Shown piece after piece: positions 10,076-19,398 of a stretch of 64,000 nucleotides of DNA. Made by a program: the position numbers and the translations under genes. The DNA is taken from NCBI GenBank assembly GCA_963664295.1, contig OY760935.1, positions 832,001-896,000 on the forward strand, given 5' to 3'. How positions within the stretch are numbered: the stretch's first letter is position 1; each line of letters starts with the position of its first letter. The notes beneath the pieces were generated by a model that saw only the letters and a list, made by a program, of their open reading frames with translations, was not told the DNA's origin and did no database searches. Source of the DNA: Candidatus Altimarinota bacterium (lineage in GTDB: Bacteria; Patescibacteriota; Gracilibacteria; CAIRYL01; GCA-016699755).

Positions 10076-11098
10076 ATGAATACATTTGGGAAAAATTTTC
10101 GGGTCACAAGTTTTGGTGAATCCCATGGCACAGCCCTTGGCGCTGTGATAGATGGTTGTCCTGCGGGATTAAAATTAAAATTAACTGATATCCAAAAAGA
10201 GCTTGATCGCAGAAAACCAGGTCAAAGCAAAATAACCACCCCTCGCAAAGAAAAAGACCAAGCAGAAATTCTTAGTGGAATTTTTGAAGATAAAACCTTA
10301 GGCACACCAATAGCGATAATAGTTCGCAACAAAGATGCAAAAAGCAAAGATTATAAAAAATTAAAAAATATTTTTCGTCCAGGCCACGCAGATCAAATAT
10401 GGGAAGAAAAATATGGACACAGGGATTATCGTGGAGGCGGAAGAAGTAGCGGGCGCGAAACAATTGGACGCGTTATTGGCGGAGCAATTGCAAAAAAACT
10501 CTTAGGCAAAACAAAAATAATTGCTCACACAGAAGTTGTTGGAAATATTTTTGCAGAAAAATTTAATATTAAAGAAATTGAAAAAAACCCTTTGCGTTGC
10601 GCAGATAAAAACAAAGCCAAAGAAATGATGGAAGCAATTAAGCAAGCACAGAAAGAAAAAGATTCTCTTGGTGGCATTGTGCGTATTGAAATTATCAATC
10701 CTCCAAAATATTTAGGTGAACCTGTTTTCGAGAAACTGCAAGCACGACTTGCTGAAGCACTTTTATCAATTGGTGCTGTACGCAGTTTTGAATTTGGCTC
10801 TGGCTTGTGTGTTGCAGACATGAAAGGCAGTGAACAAAATCTAGAAAAAGAAGGTATTTCAGGAGGAATATCTACTGGAAACAATATTTCCATTGCTATT
10901 GCAGTTAAGCCAACTCCTAGCATTGCCCAAAAACAACAAGCACTAAACAACAAGGGTAAAAAAGTTGATATTGAAATAAAAGGTCGCCATGACCCTGTAA
11001 TTATTCCACGCCTAATCCCAGTTGCCGAAGCAATGTGTGCTATGGTTCTTGCTGATCTTTTACTTGAACCACCTTCTTTTGTTTCTCAATTAAAATGA
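10076..11098 (+). CDS. aroC: Chorismate synthase
   Basis: FGESHG, RPGHAD, RGGGRSSGRET, GRHDP. Confidence 0.96.
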   Translation: MNTFGKNFRVTSFGESHGTALGAVIDGCPAGLKLKLTDIQKELDRRKPGQSKITTPRKEKDQAEILSGIFEDKTLGTPIAIIVRNKDAKSKDYKKLKNIFRPGHADQIWEEKYGHRDYRGGGRSSGRETIGRVIGGAIAKKLLGKTKIIAHTEVVGNIFAEKFNIKEIEKNPLRCADKNKAKEMMEAIKQAQKEKDSLGGIVRIEIINPPKYLGEPVFEKLQARLAEALLSIGAVRSFEFGSGLCVADMKGSEQNLEKEGISGGISTGNNISIAIAVKPTPSIAQKQQALNNKGKKVDIEIKGRHDPVIIPRLIPVAEAMCAMVLADLLLEPPSFVSQLK

Positions 11099-11820
11099 GA
11101 AAAAAAATCATAGAATTAACAAAAAACTTCCAGAATTTTTTCCAAAAAACTGGAGCAAAAAAAGCAATTATTGGTGTTTCCGGAGGAATAGACTCCGCTT
11201 GCTCACTTGCTCTTTCTGTGCGTGCATTGGGAGCAAAAAATGTAATTGCTCTACTAATGCCACACAAAGATTTTTCTAGCAAAAAAAATCTCCAAGATGC
11301 AGAAAGTCTTGTTAAATCTCTTGAAGTTGAATATCAAAAAATAGAAATTTCTCCTTTTACTAAACAATTTTTTGATCTCAATTTTGCAAAAAAAGATTTT
11401 ACCAGAGCAAATCTTATGGCACGTGTGCGCATGGTCTTGCTTTATGCTCTGGCGAATGAAAAAAACGGCCTAGTCATTGGCACTTGTAATAAAACCGAAA
11501 TTTTAATTGGCTATTTTACAAAATATGGTGATGGCGGAGCAGATGTGGAACTCCTCGGCTCCCTTTGGAAAACCGAAGTTTTTGAACTCGCAAAAAAACT
11601 TGGCCTACCAGAAACTTTTTATACCAAAAAACCAAGCGCAGAGTTATTTGAAAACCATTATGACGAAGATGAAATTGGGGTAAATTATGCAGAAATAGAT
11701 AAAATTCTTCAAAAAATAGAAACTAATAATAAATTCAAACCGCAAACAAAAGCTGAAAAAAAGGTATTTTCTTTGTATCAAAACTCAAATCACAAAAGAC
11801 ACTTGCCTCCTATTATTTAA
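11095..11820 (+). CDS. nadE: NH3-dependent NAD+ synthetase
   Basis: GVSGGIDS, NLMARVRM, GYFTKYGDG, KPSAEL. Confidence 0.95.
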   Translation: MRKKIIELTKNFQNFFQKTGAKKAIIGVSGGIDSACSLALSVRALGAKNVIALLMPHKDFSSKKNLQDAESLVKSLEVEYQKIEISPFTKQFFDLNFAKKDFTRANLMARVRMVLLYALANEKNGLVIGTCNKTEILIGYFTKYGDGGADVELLGSLWKTEVFELAKKLGLPETFYTKKPSAELFENHYDEDEIGVNYAEIDKILQKIETNNKFKPQTKAEKKVFSLYQNSNHKRHLPPII

Positions 11821-11852
11821 TGTGGCAAAATTAGACACCAATTTTTATTATC

Positions 11853-12233
11853 ATGAAAACTCCCCAAGAAAATATACCAGAAGCAAAGAAAAAGCCTGAA
11901 TTGGTGTTAGTAAAAAATCACTTAACAATAATTGCGCATATTTTTAGCTCTGAATTTGCTACGGCAATGCGCACCGAGCCAATAAGCGGACAAAGCTCTG
12001 GCGCAAAAACAGAAAATACTATTCGTGCCAAAGCACGCGTGTTACACAGATTGCATGAAACAGCTCAACAAACATTAAACAATCCTGAACATGAAGCAAA
12101 AGAATTTACTGAATTACAAAAAGCAATAAAAGAAGCTGTGCAAGAGCTTACTCCAGAGGAAATAATGAAAACTGTAGAAAAAATTCGTAATAAAATAGGC
12201 GGAAAAAATTCTATTATTTACCGCTCAAAATAA
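11853..12233 (+). CDS. Hypothetical protein (126 aa)
   Basis: ORF only. Confidence 0.65.
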   Translation: MKTPQENIPEAKKKPELVLVKNHLTIIAHIFSSEFATAMRTEPISGQSSGAKTENTIRAKARVLHRLHETAQQTLNNPEHEAKEFTELQKAIKEAVQELTPEEIMKTVEKIRNKIGGKNSIIYRSK

Positions 12234-12283
12234 TTTGACTTTTAAGCACTAAAAAACTAAACTTTTTAGGCGTTTTTCATCGT

Positions 12284-12360
12284 GTCACGGTAGCTCAGTT
12301 GGTAAGAGCGCAGGATTCATAACCCTGAGGTCGGGAGTTCAAATCTCCCCCGTGGCACCA
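12284..12360 (+). tRNA. tRNA with CAT anticodon (elongator Met likely; Ile2 not excluded)
   Basis: gtcacgg/ccgtggc acceptor, ttCATaa loop, gggag-ttcaaat-ctccc T-arm, CCA; lacks initiator C1:A72 mismatch and three consecutive G-C pairs. Confidence 0.92.
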
Positions 12361-12362
12361 TT

Positions 12363-12465
12363 TTTATCGAGGGCTTGCGTCGCCCCCCTCAGTGGCAAAG
12401 CCACTGAGACTCCCCCCTCTCGCTCACTTCATTCGCCTTTGGCGAATTATGTTCGCTATTTTTTT
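12363..12465 (+). repeat. GC-rich hairpin block A1 downstream of tRNA-Met
   Basis: tttatcgagggcttgcgtcgc start; hairpins ctcagtggc-aaa-gccactgag (12388-12408) and attcgcc-ttt-ggcgaat (12431-12447); start and end motifs recur at ~13526-13605. Confidence 0.7.
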
Positions 12466-12517
12466 AGCAAAAATTATGACCCAGAGTGGAGCAAGCTAGA
12501 GTAAATATGGCACGATT
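12464..12517 (+). repeat. 54-bp direct repeat, copy 1 (block B)
   Basis: ttagcaaaaattatgacccagagtggagcaagctagagtaaatatggcacgatt; 50/54 identical to 13474-13527. Confidence 0.9.
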
Positions 12518-12597
12518 ATAAAATTTCTAAATAAATATTTTTATATAAAACAAAAACCCCTATCATAAAAAGAAAGGGGCTTTCAAAAATTACAATC

Positions 12598-13317
12598 CTA
12601 CTCACCTTTTTTTAATACTTTATTAAGAATTGTATCTTTATCTATTTTCTTGGTGCAAAAAAACCAATCCTTACATTCCAATCCTTCTTCTTTCCCTTCC
12701 ATTCGGTCTTTTGCTGTATTACATGACCCAGCTGGTGAAATAATCACATCATCACCTGGTCTCCAATCAGCTGGAGTTGCAATACCAAATTCATCTGCAG
12801 TTTTCAAAGCGATCAATGTTCTATAAAGTTCATCAAAATTTCGACCAGTACTTAGTGGATAATATAAAATTGTTCTGATAACTCCTTTGGGGTCAATATA
12901 AAATACAGCGCGAACCGCTTTTGTATTACTTTCTCCAGGCTGAATCATTCCGTATTTTTTTGCAACATTCATTGTAATATCCTCAATTAACGGAAATTTA
13001 ACCTCAACATTTTTCATTCCTTTATATTCAATTTTATCTTTTATTGTTCTTAGCCACGCGATATGACTATACAAACCGTCAACAGAAAGACCAACAAGTT
13101 TGCAATTAGCTTCAGCAAATTTTTCTTCCATGCTTGCGAAAGTAATAAATTCTGAAGTACATACAGGAGTAAAATCAGCTGGATGACTAAAAAGTATTAC
13201 CCAATTCCCCTCATAGTCTTTCGGGAAATTTATGTCTCCCTGAGTTGTAACGGCTTTAAATTCTGGTGCCTTATCTCCAATTCTTGGCATAGAATTTATT
13301 TTTTCTTCATTTTCCAT
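12598..13317 (-). CDS. Peroxiredoxin (Prx6/TdxH-type)
   Basis: FSHPADFTPVCTSE, GRNFDE, TPADW, C-terminal CxDWFFC. Confidence 0.95.
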   Translation of the reverse strand: MENEEKINSMPRIGDKAPEFKAVTTQGDINFPKDYEGNWVILFSHPADFTPVCTSEFITFASMEEKFAEANCKLVGLSVDGLYSHIAWLRTIKDKIEYKGMKNVEVKFPLIEDITMNVAKKYGMIQPGESNTKAVRAVFYIDPKGVIRTILYYPLSTGRNFDELYRTLIALKTADEFGIATPADWRPGDDVIISPAGSCNTAKDRMEGKEEGLECKDWFFCTKKIDKDTILNKVLKKGE

Positions 13318-13473
13318 GTGTTTAAAGTTAAATTATTAAGTATTGCCATTTTAGAAAGTTATAAAAAATTATGCAATTTTTATTAGATTACAATTTGCAT
13401 ATCTTTGGTAAAGGGTAAATAAAACCTCTTCCTATGCCAAAAAGTAATTTGGCAATCCTATATTACCATTCGC

Positions 13474-13527
13474 TTAGCAAAAATTACGATCCAGAACGGA
13501 GCAAGCTAGAGTAAATATGGCACGATT
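13474..13527 (+). repeat. 54-bp direct repeat, copy 2 (block B), running into a second copy of the block-A start
   Basis: ttagcaaaaattacgatccagaacggagcaagctagagtaaatatggcacgatt, then tatcgggggcttgcgtcgc. Confidence 0.9.
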
Positions 13528-13643
13528 TATCGGGGGCTTGCGTCGCTCTCACAAGTCTCCATTTTCTTGCTTAACTCAAATAAAGCTTAGCTCGCTATTA
13601 TTTTTATTCCTTATATAATAAAAATAATTTCACAAGCTTATAA

Positions 13644-14105
13644 ATGAAAAATTATCAAAAATTAATAATTGCTCTTATTTTGCCTTTCTTGGTCAGTTTT
13701 TTTGGACAAATATTTACAAATCCATCAATTGACACTTGGTACATTCTTTTAAACAAACCTGAATTAGCTCCACCCAATTGGGTTTTTGCTCCTGTCTGGA
13801 CAATATTATATTTAATGATGGGTTTTGCTTTTTATTTAGTCTGGAAAAATAAAAAACCAAAAAAAATTGCTATTTATTTTTTTATAATTCAATTAATTTT
13901 TAATGCAATTTGGTCTCCTGCTTTTTTTGGTTTTCATAAAATTTTAATTGCTTTAATTATTATTATAATTCTTGATATATTGGTAATTTTCACAATTTAT
14001 TTTTTCTTTAGAATAAATAAACATGCCTCTTTTTTACTTATTCCTTACTTAATCTGGATTTTATTTGCTAGTTTTTTAAATTATCAATTCCTAATTCTAA
14101 ACTAA
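13644..14105 (+). CDS. tspO: TspO/MBR tryptophan-rich sensory protein
   Basis: WY..LNKP..APPNWVFAPVWTILY, LIPYLIW..FAS.LN. Confidence 0.94.
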   Translation: MKNYQKLIIALILPFLVSFFGQIFTNPSIDTWYILLNKPELAPPNWVFAPVWTILYLMMGFAFYLVWKNKKPKKIAIYFFIIQLIFNAIWSPAFFGFHKILIALIIIIILDILVIFTIYFFFRINKHASFLLIPYLIWILFASFLNYQFLILN

Positions 14106-14111
14106 TATTTT

Positions 14112-14522
14112 TTATTCCTCCAACATAATCCAATCGTCCATATTTGAATAAACACTTTTATCAAACTCAAAAGGACTAATTTCTTCAGCTTTTTTAATTT
14201 CAACCAAAACCAAGTATCGTTTTCCTACTCATCTTTTTTTCTGCACATCAGTAAAATTTAATTTATCCTGATTTTTTTCTACTAAGGCAACTGACTCTTC
14301 TTTGTCCATTTTTTCAGAATTAAAAACATTTTTCACAAAAGCCTGCAAAGAAATTATCCCCTCACCGTTATTTCTAATAAAATAAAGCAAATCGCCAACA
14401 TCAACACGACCATACGGCAATTTTCTACCTGTTGCCCCTCGAATAATCATATTTTTTTCTTTATTTATAATTTTTTCATACTCCTGCGCTTTTATATCAA
14501 GATAAACTACATGTTTTTTCAT
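14112..14522 (-). pseudogene. ASCH/PUA-like hypothetical gene interrupted by one in-frame TGA at 14229-14231
   Basis: Frame stays open after the TGA: ...DVQKKR*VGKRYLVLVEIKKAEEISPFEFDKSVYSNMDDWIMLEE* (TAA at 14112-14114). Confidence 0.75.
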
Positions 14523-14836
14523 TATTTCTGACTAAACCTATAACTAAGCCAAAAAAGACCCCCAACAATAAAAGGAGGAATATTCACAATTAAAACCCCA
14601 AGCCAGTCATCTTGATCAAAAAAGAACACTGAAAAAATTCCCAAAAATATATATAAACAAGCTCCAAATCTCTCCCATTTCCAAGCAATAAGTAAGGTTA
14701 ATAAAATAACCAAACTCGGCAAAGAGTGCATCAAAAAGCCAATTGAAAAAATTGGCTCATCAAAAGCAAAAAGTTCCAAAAAAAGAGCAAAAATAATAAT
14801 TGCTACTCTTGGTGTCCAAAATAAAAATTGTTTCAT
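14522..14836 (-). CDS. Small membrane protein (about 4 TM)
   Basis: WTPR..., LLIAWKWERFG, PPFIVGGLFWL pattern. Confidence 0.8.
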   Translation of the reverse strand: MKQFLFWTPRVAIIIFALFLELFAFDEPIFSIGFLMHSLPSLVILLTLLIAWKWERFGACLYIFLGIFSVFFFDQDDWLGVLIVNIPPFIVGGLFWLSYRFSQK

Positions 14837-14955
14837 AGAAATATTAAATTAACCTGAGCTTATTTTAATGTTTTTTTAAAATTACAACAATTTTTTAATC
14901 TTAAATTGTATTTATTATTTATTTTGAATTATTCTAGAAGAAATTAAGTTATTTT

Positions 14956-15648
14956 ATGGAGCAAAATCCCTTCAAAGACATTTTTATTTTCAAGCACTAT
15001 TCAACGCACGACAAAATGCAAGTTATTAAAGCGCTTGATTTTGCAAAAAACGCACACAAAAGCCAAAAAAGAGCTAATGGAGATCCGTATATAGTTCACC
15101 CTATTGCAGTTGCAAAAATAGTATTGGAACTAAAAGCAATTCCGGAAATTACGGAAGCTAGCCTTTTGCATGACACAATCGAGGATACTTCTGTTAATTT
15201 TGAAGATATTCATCATGAATTCGGCTTTCATGTGGCAAAAATAGTAAACACAGTATCAAAATCACACAAAATACAATTACTAGAGCATAATAGCGAAGAA
15301 GAACGCAAAGCTCTTCATCATATGTTTTTAGAGACAATCAAAGATCCAAAATCTGCACTGGTCAAAGTTGCGGACAGATTAAATAATATACGCACAATAG
15401 ACGCATTAACAGCAGAACAGGAAAACAGAATTTCTCGTGAAACAATTAAGGCTTATGTGCCACTTGCTTTTGAGATGGGAATTCCAAAAATAGCAGAAGA
15501 GCTCCACAATCTTGCAAAAAAACATCTAGATAAAAAAGCTTATAATCATGCACTTGAGGTTATGAAAAAATATGATCAAGAAATCAAAGAAAAAGGCTAT
15601 CACAAAGATGCAATTGACCACTGCGCATTTGAATTTTTTCAAACCTGA
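14956..15648 (+). CDS. Stand-alone RelA/SpoT-type HD hydrolase (small alarmone hydrolase-like)
   Basis: RANGDPYIVHPIAVA, LLHDTIEDT, VKVADRLNNIRT; no synthetase domain. Confidence 0.88.
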   Translation: MEQNPFKDIFIFKHYSTHDKMQVIKALDFAKNAHKSQKRANGDPYIVHPIAVAKIVLELKAIPEITEASLLHDTIEDTSVNFEDIHHEFGFHVAKIVNTVSKSHKIQLLEHNSEEERKALHHMFLETIKDPKSALVKVADRLNNIRTIDALTAEQENRISRETIKAYVPLAFEMGIPKIAEELHNLAKKHLDKKAYNHALEVMKKYDQEIKEKGYHKDAIDHCAFEFFQT

Positions 15649-15697
15649 CCAAAATCAAAAAAAATGTTAGGATTTAATTGAATATTTTTTATAAAAA

Positions 15698-16441
15698 ATG
15701 ATTAAAATAGTCTTAATAAGACATGGACAAAGCACATGGAACAAAAAAAAGTTATTTACAGGCTGGACTGATGTCGATTTAACAGAACAAGGTGTACAAG
15801 AAGCTGAAAATGCGGGAAAAACCCTAAAAAAAGAGGGTTTTGAATTTGATATTGCTTATACCTCTCTTTTAAAAAGAAGCATAAAAACTCTCTGGATTGC
15901 TCTTGATAAAATGGATCAATGCTGGCTTACTGTCAAAAAATCTTGGAGATTAAACGAAAGACATTATGGCGCGTTGCAGGGCTTAAGTAAGGTAGAAACT
16001 GCAAAAAAACACGGTGATGAACAAGTTCATATTTGGAGAAGAAGTTATGATGTACCACCTCCACCACTTGAGGAAACTGATGAAAGATACCCAGGAAACG
16101 ATCCACGCTATAAAAACATAAATCCCCAAGACATACCAAAATCAGAATGCCTAAAAGACACAGTGGAAAGGTTCTTGCCATATTGGCACGAAGAAATTGT
16201 GCCTCAGCTTAAAAAAGGTAAAAAAATCATAATTGTAGCACACGGAAACTCTCTGCGAGCTTTAGTAAAATATCTAGACAATATTTCTGACCAAGAAATA
16301 ACAAAATTAAACATACCAACAGGTGTGCCATTGGTTTATGAATTAGACTATGATTTAAAGCCAATTAGTCATTATTATCTTGGTGACCAAGAAGCCATAA
16401 AAAAAGCCACAGAAGCAGAAAAAAACCAAACCAAAGCATAA
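15698..16441 (+). CDS. gpmA: 2,3-bisphosphoglycerate-dependent phosphoglycerate mutase
   Basis: [33 protein letters not shown]. Confidence 0.97.
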   Translation: MIKIVLIRHGQSTWNKKKLFTGWTDVDLTEQGVQEAENAGKTLKKEGFEFDIAYTSLLKRSIKTLWIALDKMDQCWLTVKKSWRLNERHYGALQGLSKVETAKKHGDEQVHIWRRSYDVPPPPLEETDERYPGNDPRYKNINPQDIPKSECLKDTVERFLPYWHEEIVPQLKKGKKIIIVAHGNSLRALVKYLDNISDQEITKLNIPTGVPLVYELDYDLKPISHYYLGDQEAIKKATEAEKNQTKA

Positions 16442-16522
16442 AAAGAAAAACTCAATTTTTATCTTACTTTTACCTGGACAAAAAAAGTAAAAAATGTTAT
16501 AGTTATATAACTATAAATCTTA

Positions 16523-19066
16523 ATGAAAAACTTTGCTCACTTATATCAGGTATTTATTTGGTGGTTCACTCACGGAGTGAGAAACTTTTGGCAATTTTTA
16601 TATAAACAAATTAAGCTTACTTACTATGGTTTTTCTATTAGAATTCTTTGGAAAAACCTCTTAGAGCCTCTTTATGGTGCTGGTGAAAAATTTTACGAAA
16701 GACTGATTTCAATTTTTGTAAGATTTTTTCACTTTTTAATTTTGTTTTTAATCGCCAATATTTTTGTTGTAGCAATTTATATATTAGCAATAGGATTTTT
16801 AATTTCTCCATTTTTACCAATTTATTTTATTTACACACAAAATTATGCAACAGCAGTAATTATTTATATCTTTACTTTAACTATTTATTTCCTATTAAAA
16901 GAAAAAACCAAGCCAAATCTAAAAAAACAATTATCCAAAAAAGAGCCAAAGGACTTATTAACTTTCGCAAGTCGAGAAATTAATACTATTTTTAGGCAAA
17001 AAAAATCTTTACAAGAAAAAGTTCAAAACATTTTAAAAAGCCCAAAAGGGGAAAGAATTTTAATAAAACTAGAGCTAAACAACATAAACATAAACCTATT
17101 GGAATTTAATCATCATCAAGACACACTCTTAAAAAATGCCCTTAAAAATGCCTATAATCACAACAAAACTCATATAAATATGAGTGATATTATTGAGGCA
17201 CTATGGCAACTAAGAAAAAAAGAAGATCCTTTTTGGAAAAACATTAAATTAAAAAAACATGAAATAGGGGAATTTTTTGTTTTAAATGCACAAAGAACTA
17301 ATCTTTATAAATTTCAACAAGAATGGGCTAGTTATGCATTTTTTCAAAATAAATACGGCATAGACAAAGGTCTAACATCAGCACTCACCAGAAATGTAAA
17401 CGAATACACAAGAGATACAACTCGCAATAGATCATCATCAAGCATCACGCCATTAGTAGGCAGAGCAAAAGAATGGCAACAAATAATCGATACTTTAAAA
17501 TACAAAGGCGGGGCAAGTCTTTTAATAGGACCATCAGGAGTGGGAAAATCAAGAATAATAGAACACTTGGCCGAAGAGGTGGCAGTAGATCATGTACCAA
17601 ACTATCTCCATGACATGCGTGTCGTGGAGCTTGATTCAGGCAGAATTCTTTCATCAAATAATCCAAGCTCCAGCCTAATAGGCGTACTTGATGAAGTTTC
17701 CAGCTCAAAACATATAATTCTGACAATAGACAATCTTATTTCTCTTAGTGGCGACGATTTTGCTTCAATTTCATTATTAAACATTCTTTCAAAATACATA
17801 GAAAACAAACAAATCCGCCTAATCGCCACAAGTACAAGTGGTGATTATAGTAGATTTTTAAACAACCACCCTAGTCATATCCGATGGTTTACAAAAATAT
17901 TTTTAGAAGAGCCTAATGATGCAAATTTGAAAAAAATTCTCTATCACCATGCACTAAATTTAGAAAAAAAACATAATACAATTTGCACACATAGGGTTTT
18001 CACAACTCTCTTAGAAGCTTCAAAAAAACACGCTAGTAATGTTTCTCATCCAGCAAAATCGCTTCAATTACTCGAAGAAACTTTTTCAAACAACACACAT
18101 AAAAACTATATAACAAGTGAAGACATTAAAAAAACTTTAGAAAAAAATACTGGTATAAAAATCACAGATATTCAGGAAGATGAAAAAGAAAAATTAAGCA
18201 ATCTGGAAGGAGAAATCCACAAAACAATAGTTGCACAAGATGATGCAGTGAATAAAGTATCTGACGCGCTAAGAAGAGCAAGATTAGATTTGCATGACTA
18301 CGAAAGTCCAATTGCTAAATTTCTTTTTGTTGGACCAACTGGCGTAGGTAAAACCGAACTTGCAAAAACAGTAGCTCGTATTCATTTTGGATCAGAAAAA
18401 AATATGCTCCGCCTTGATATGTCCGAATATCAAGACACAAAAGCAATAGAGAGATTGATAGGTGACGGACAAAATCCTGGTGCACTTACAGAGCCAGTAA
18501 AAAATAAAGCTCATATCTTAATTCTTTTAGATGAGATTGAAAAAGCCCATCCTAATATTCTTCATCTGTTTCTTCAACTTCTTGATGACGGTCGCCTCAC
18601 AGACGGCAAAGGCGTGACAATAGACTTCCGCAACACAATAATTATAGCCACCTCAAACGCAGGCGCAGAATATCTTTGGGATTCGCTCAAAAAAAACTTG
18701 GAATTCAAAGAAGTAAGCACAAAACTACACGAAGAAATCCTGCCAAAACATTTCAAACCTGAATTTCTAAACCGTTTTTCATACACAACAATCTTTCATC
18801 CACTCAACGAAGAACAAATTTTTGCAATTGCCAAAAAATTGCTCATAAAAAATAAAAATTTATTTAAAGAAAAAGGCTTAAATATCGAATTTACAAAAGA
18901 TGCTCCAAAAATCATTGCTCAAGATGCTTTTTCAATCGAAAGAGGTGCCAGACCATTAAAAAATCTCATAGTCGAGAGACTGGAATCGCAAATAGCCAAA
19001 TCTTTATTGCAAAACAAAGATGCAAAAAATTTCATCTTTGATGGTAAAAACCTAAAAACAAAATAA
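16523..19066 (+). CDS. ClpA/B-family AAA+ ATPase with N-terminal membrane segments
   Basis: Walker A GPSGVGKS and GPTGVGKT, RLDMSEY, LLDEIEKAHP, GRLTD, GARPL; hydrophobic stretch at ~aa 60-125. Confidence 0.9.
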   Translation: MKNFAHLYQVFIWWFTHGVRNFWQFLYKQIKLTYYGFSIRILWKNLLEPLYGAGEKFYERLISIFVRFFHFLILFLIANIFVVAIYILAIGFLISPFLPIYFIYTQNYATAVIIYIFTLTIYFLLKEKTKPNLKKQLSKKEPKDLLTFASREINTIFRQKKSLQEKVQNILKSPKGERILIKLELNNININLLEFNHHQDTLLKNALKNAYNHNKTHINMSDIIEALWQLRKKEDPFWKNIKLKKHEIGEFFVLNAQRTNLYKFQQEWASYAFFQNKYGIDKGLTSALTRNVNEYTRDTTRNRSSSSITPLVGRAKEWQQIIDTLKYKGGASLLIGPSGVGKSRIIEHLAEEVAVDHVPNYLHDMRVVELDSGRILSSNNPSSSLIGVLDEVSSSKHIILTIDNLISLSGDDFASISLLNILSKYIENKQIRLIATSTSGDYSRFLNNHPSHIRWFTKIFLEEPNDANLKKILYHHALNLEKKHNTICTHRVFTTLLEASKKHASNVSHPAKSLQLLEETFSNNTHKNYITSEDIKKTLEKNTGIKITDIQEDEKEKLSNLEGEIHKTIVAQDDAVNKVSDALRRARLDLHDYESPIAKFLFVGPTGVGKTELAKTVARIHFGSEKNMLRLDMSEYQDTKAIERLIGDGQNPGALTEPVKNKAHILILLDEIEKAHPNILHLFLQLLDDGRLTDGKGVTIDFRNTIIIATSNAGAEYLWDSLKKNLEFKEVSTKLHEEILPKHFKPEFLNRFSYTTIFHPLNEEQIFAIAKKLLIKNKNLFKEKGLNIEFTKDAPKIIAQDAFSIERGARPLKNLIVERLESQIAKSLLQNKDAKNFIFDGKNLKTK

Positions 19067-19085
19067 AAATTTAAACAAAAATAAA

Positions 19086-19394
19086 ATGTCACATCATCAC
19101 CAAGTAAAACTAATTCTTTTAAACAAGTATCAAGTTCCTCACAAGTGCATAATTACCCATTTTACTCATGCACATGGGCATGGAGGACAAAATGTAAATA
19201 AAAATGCAACAAAGGTACAACTTCGAGTTGAGCTTTTTAATTTACCTTTTTCTGAAGAAATAACTGAAAAACTGCTAAAAAAATTTCCCAAAGGACACAT
19301 TGAGACACAATCGCAAAGAACAAAACATCAACACCAAAACCTGGAAATTGCTCTAGAAAAAATGCAAAATATACTAGAAGAAGCTTTGGTGTAA
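19086..19394 (+). CDS. ArfB/YaeJ-like GGQ peptidyl-tRNA hydrolase domain protein
   Basis: GHGGQNVNKNATKVQLR and SQRTKHQHQN motifs. Confidence 0.82.
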   Translation: MSHHHQVKLILLNKYQVPHKCIITHFTHAHGHGGQNVNKNATKVQLRVELFNLPFSEEITEKLLKKFPKGHIETQSQRTKHQHQNLEIALEKMQNILEEALV

Positions 19395-19398
19395 AAAA

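Noticed and set aside
12464-13527. CRISPR array or IS terminal repeats
   Set aside because: Only two direct copies about 1 kb apart, with no spacers, cas genes, inverted ends or transposase.
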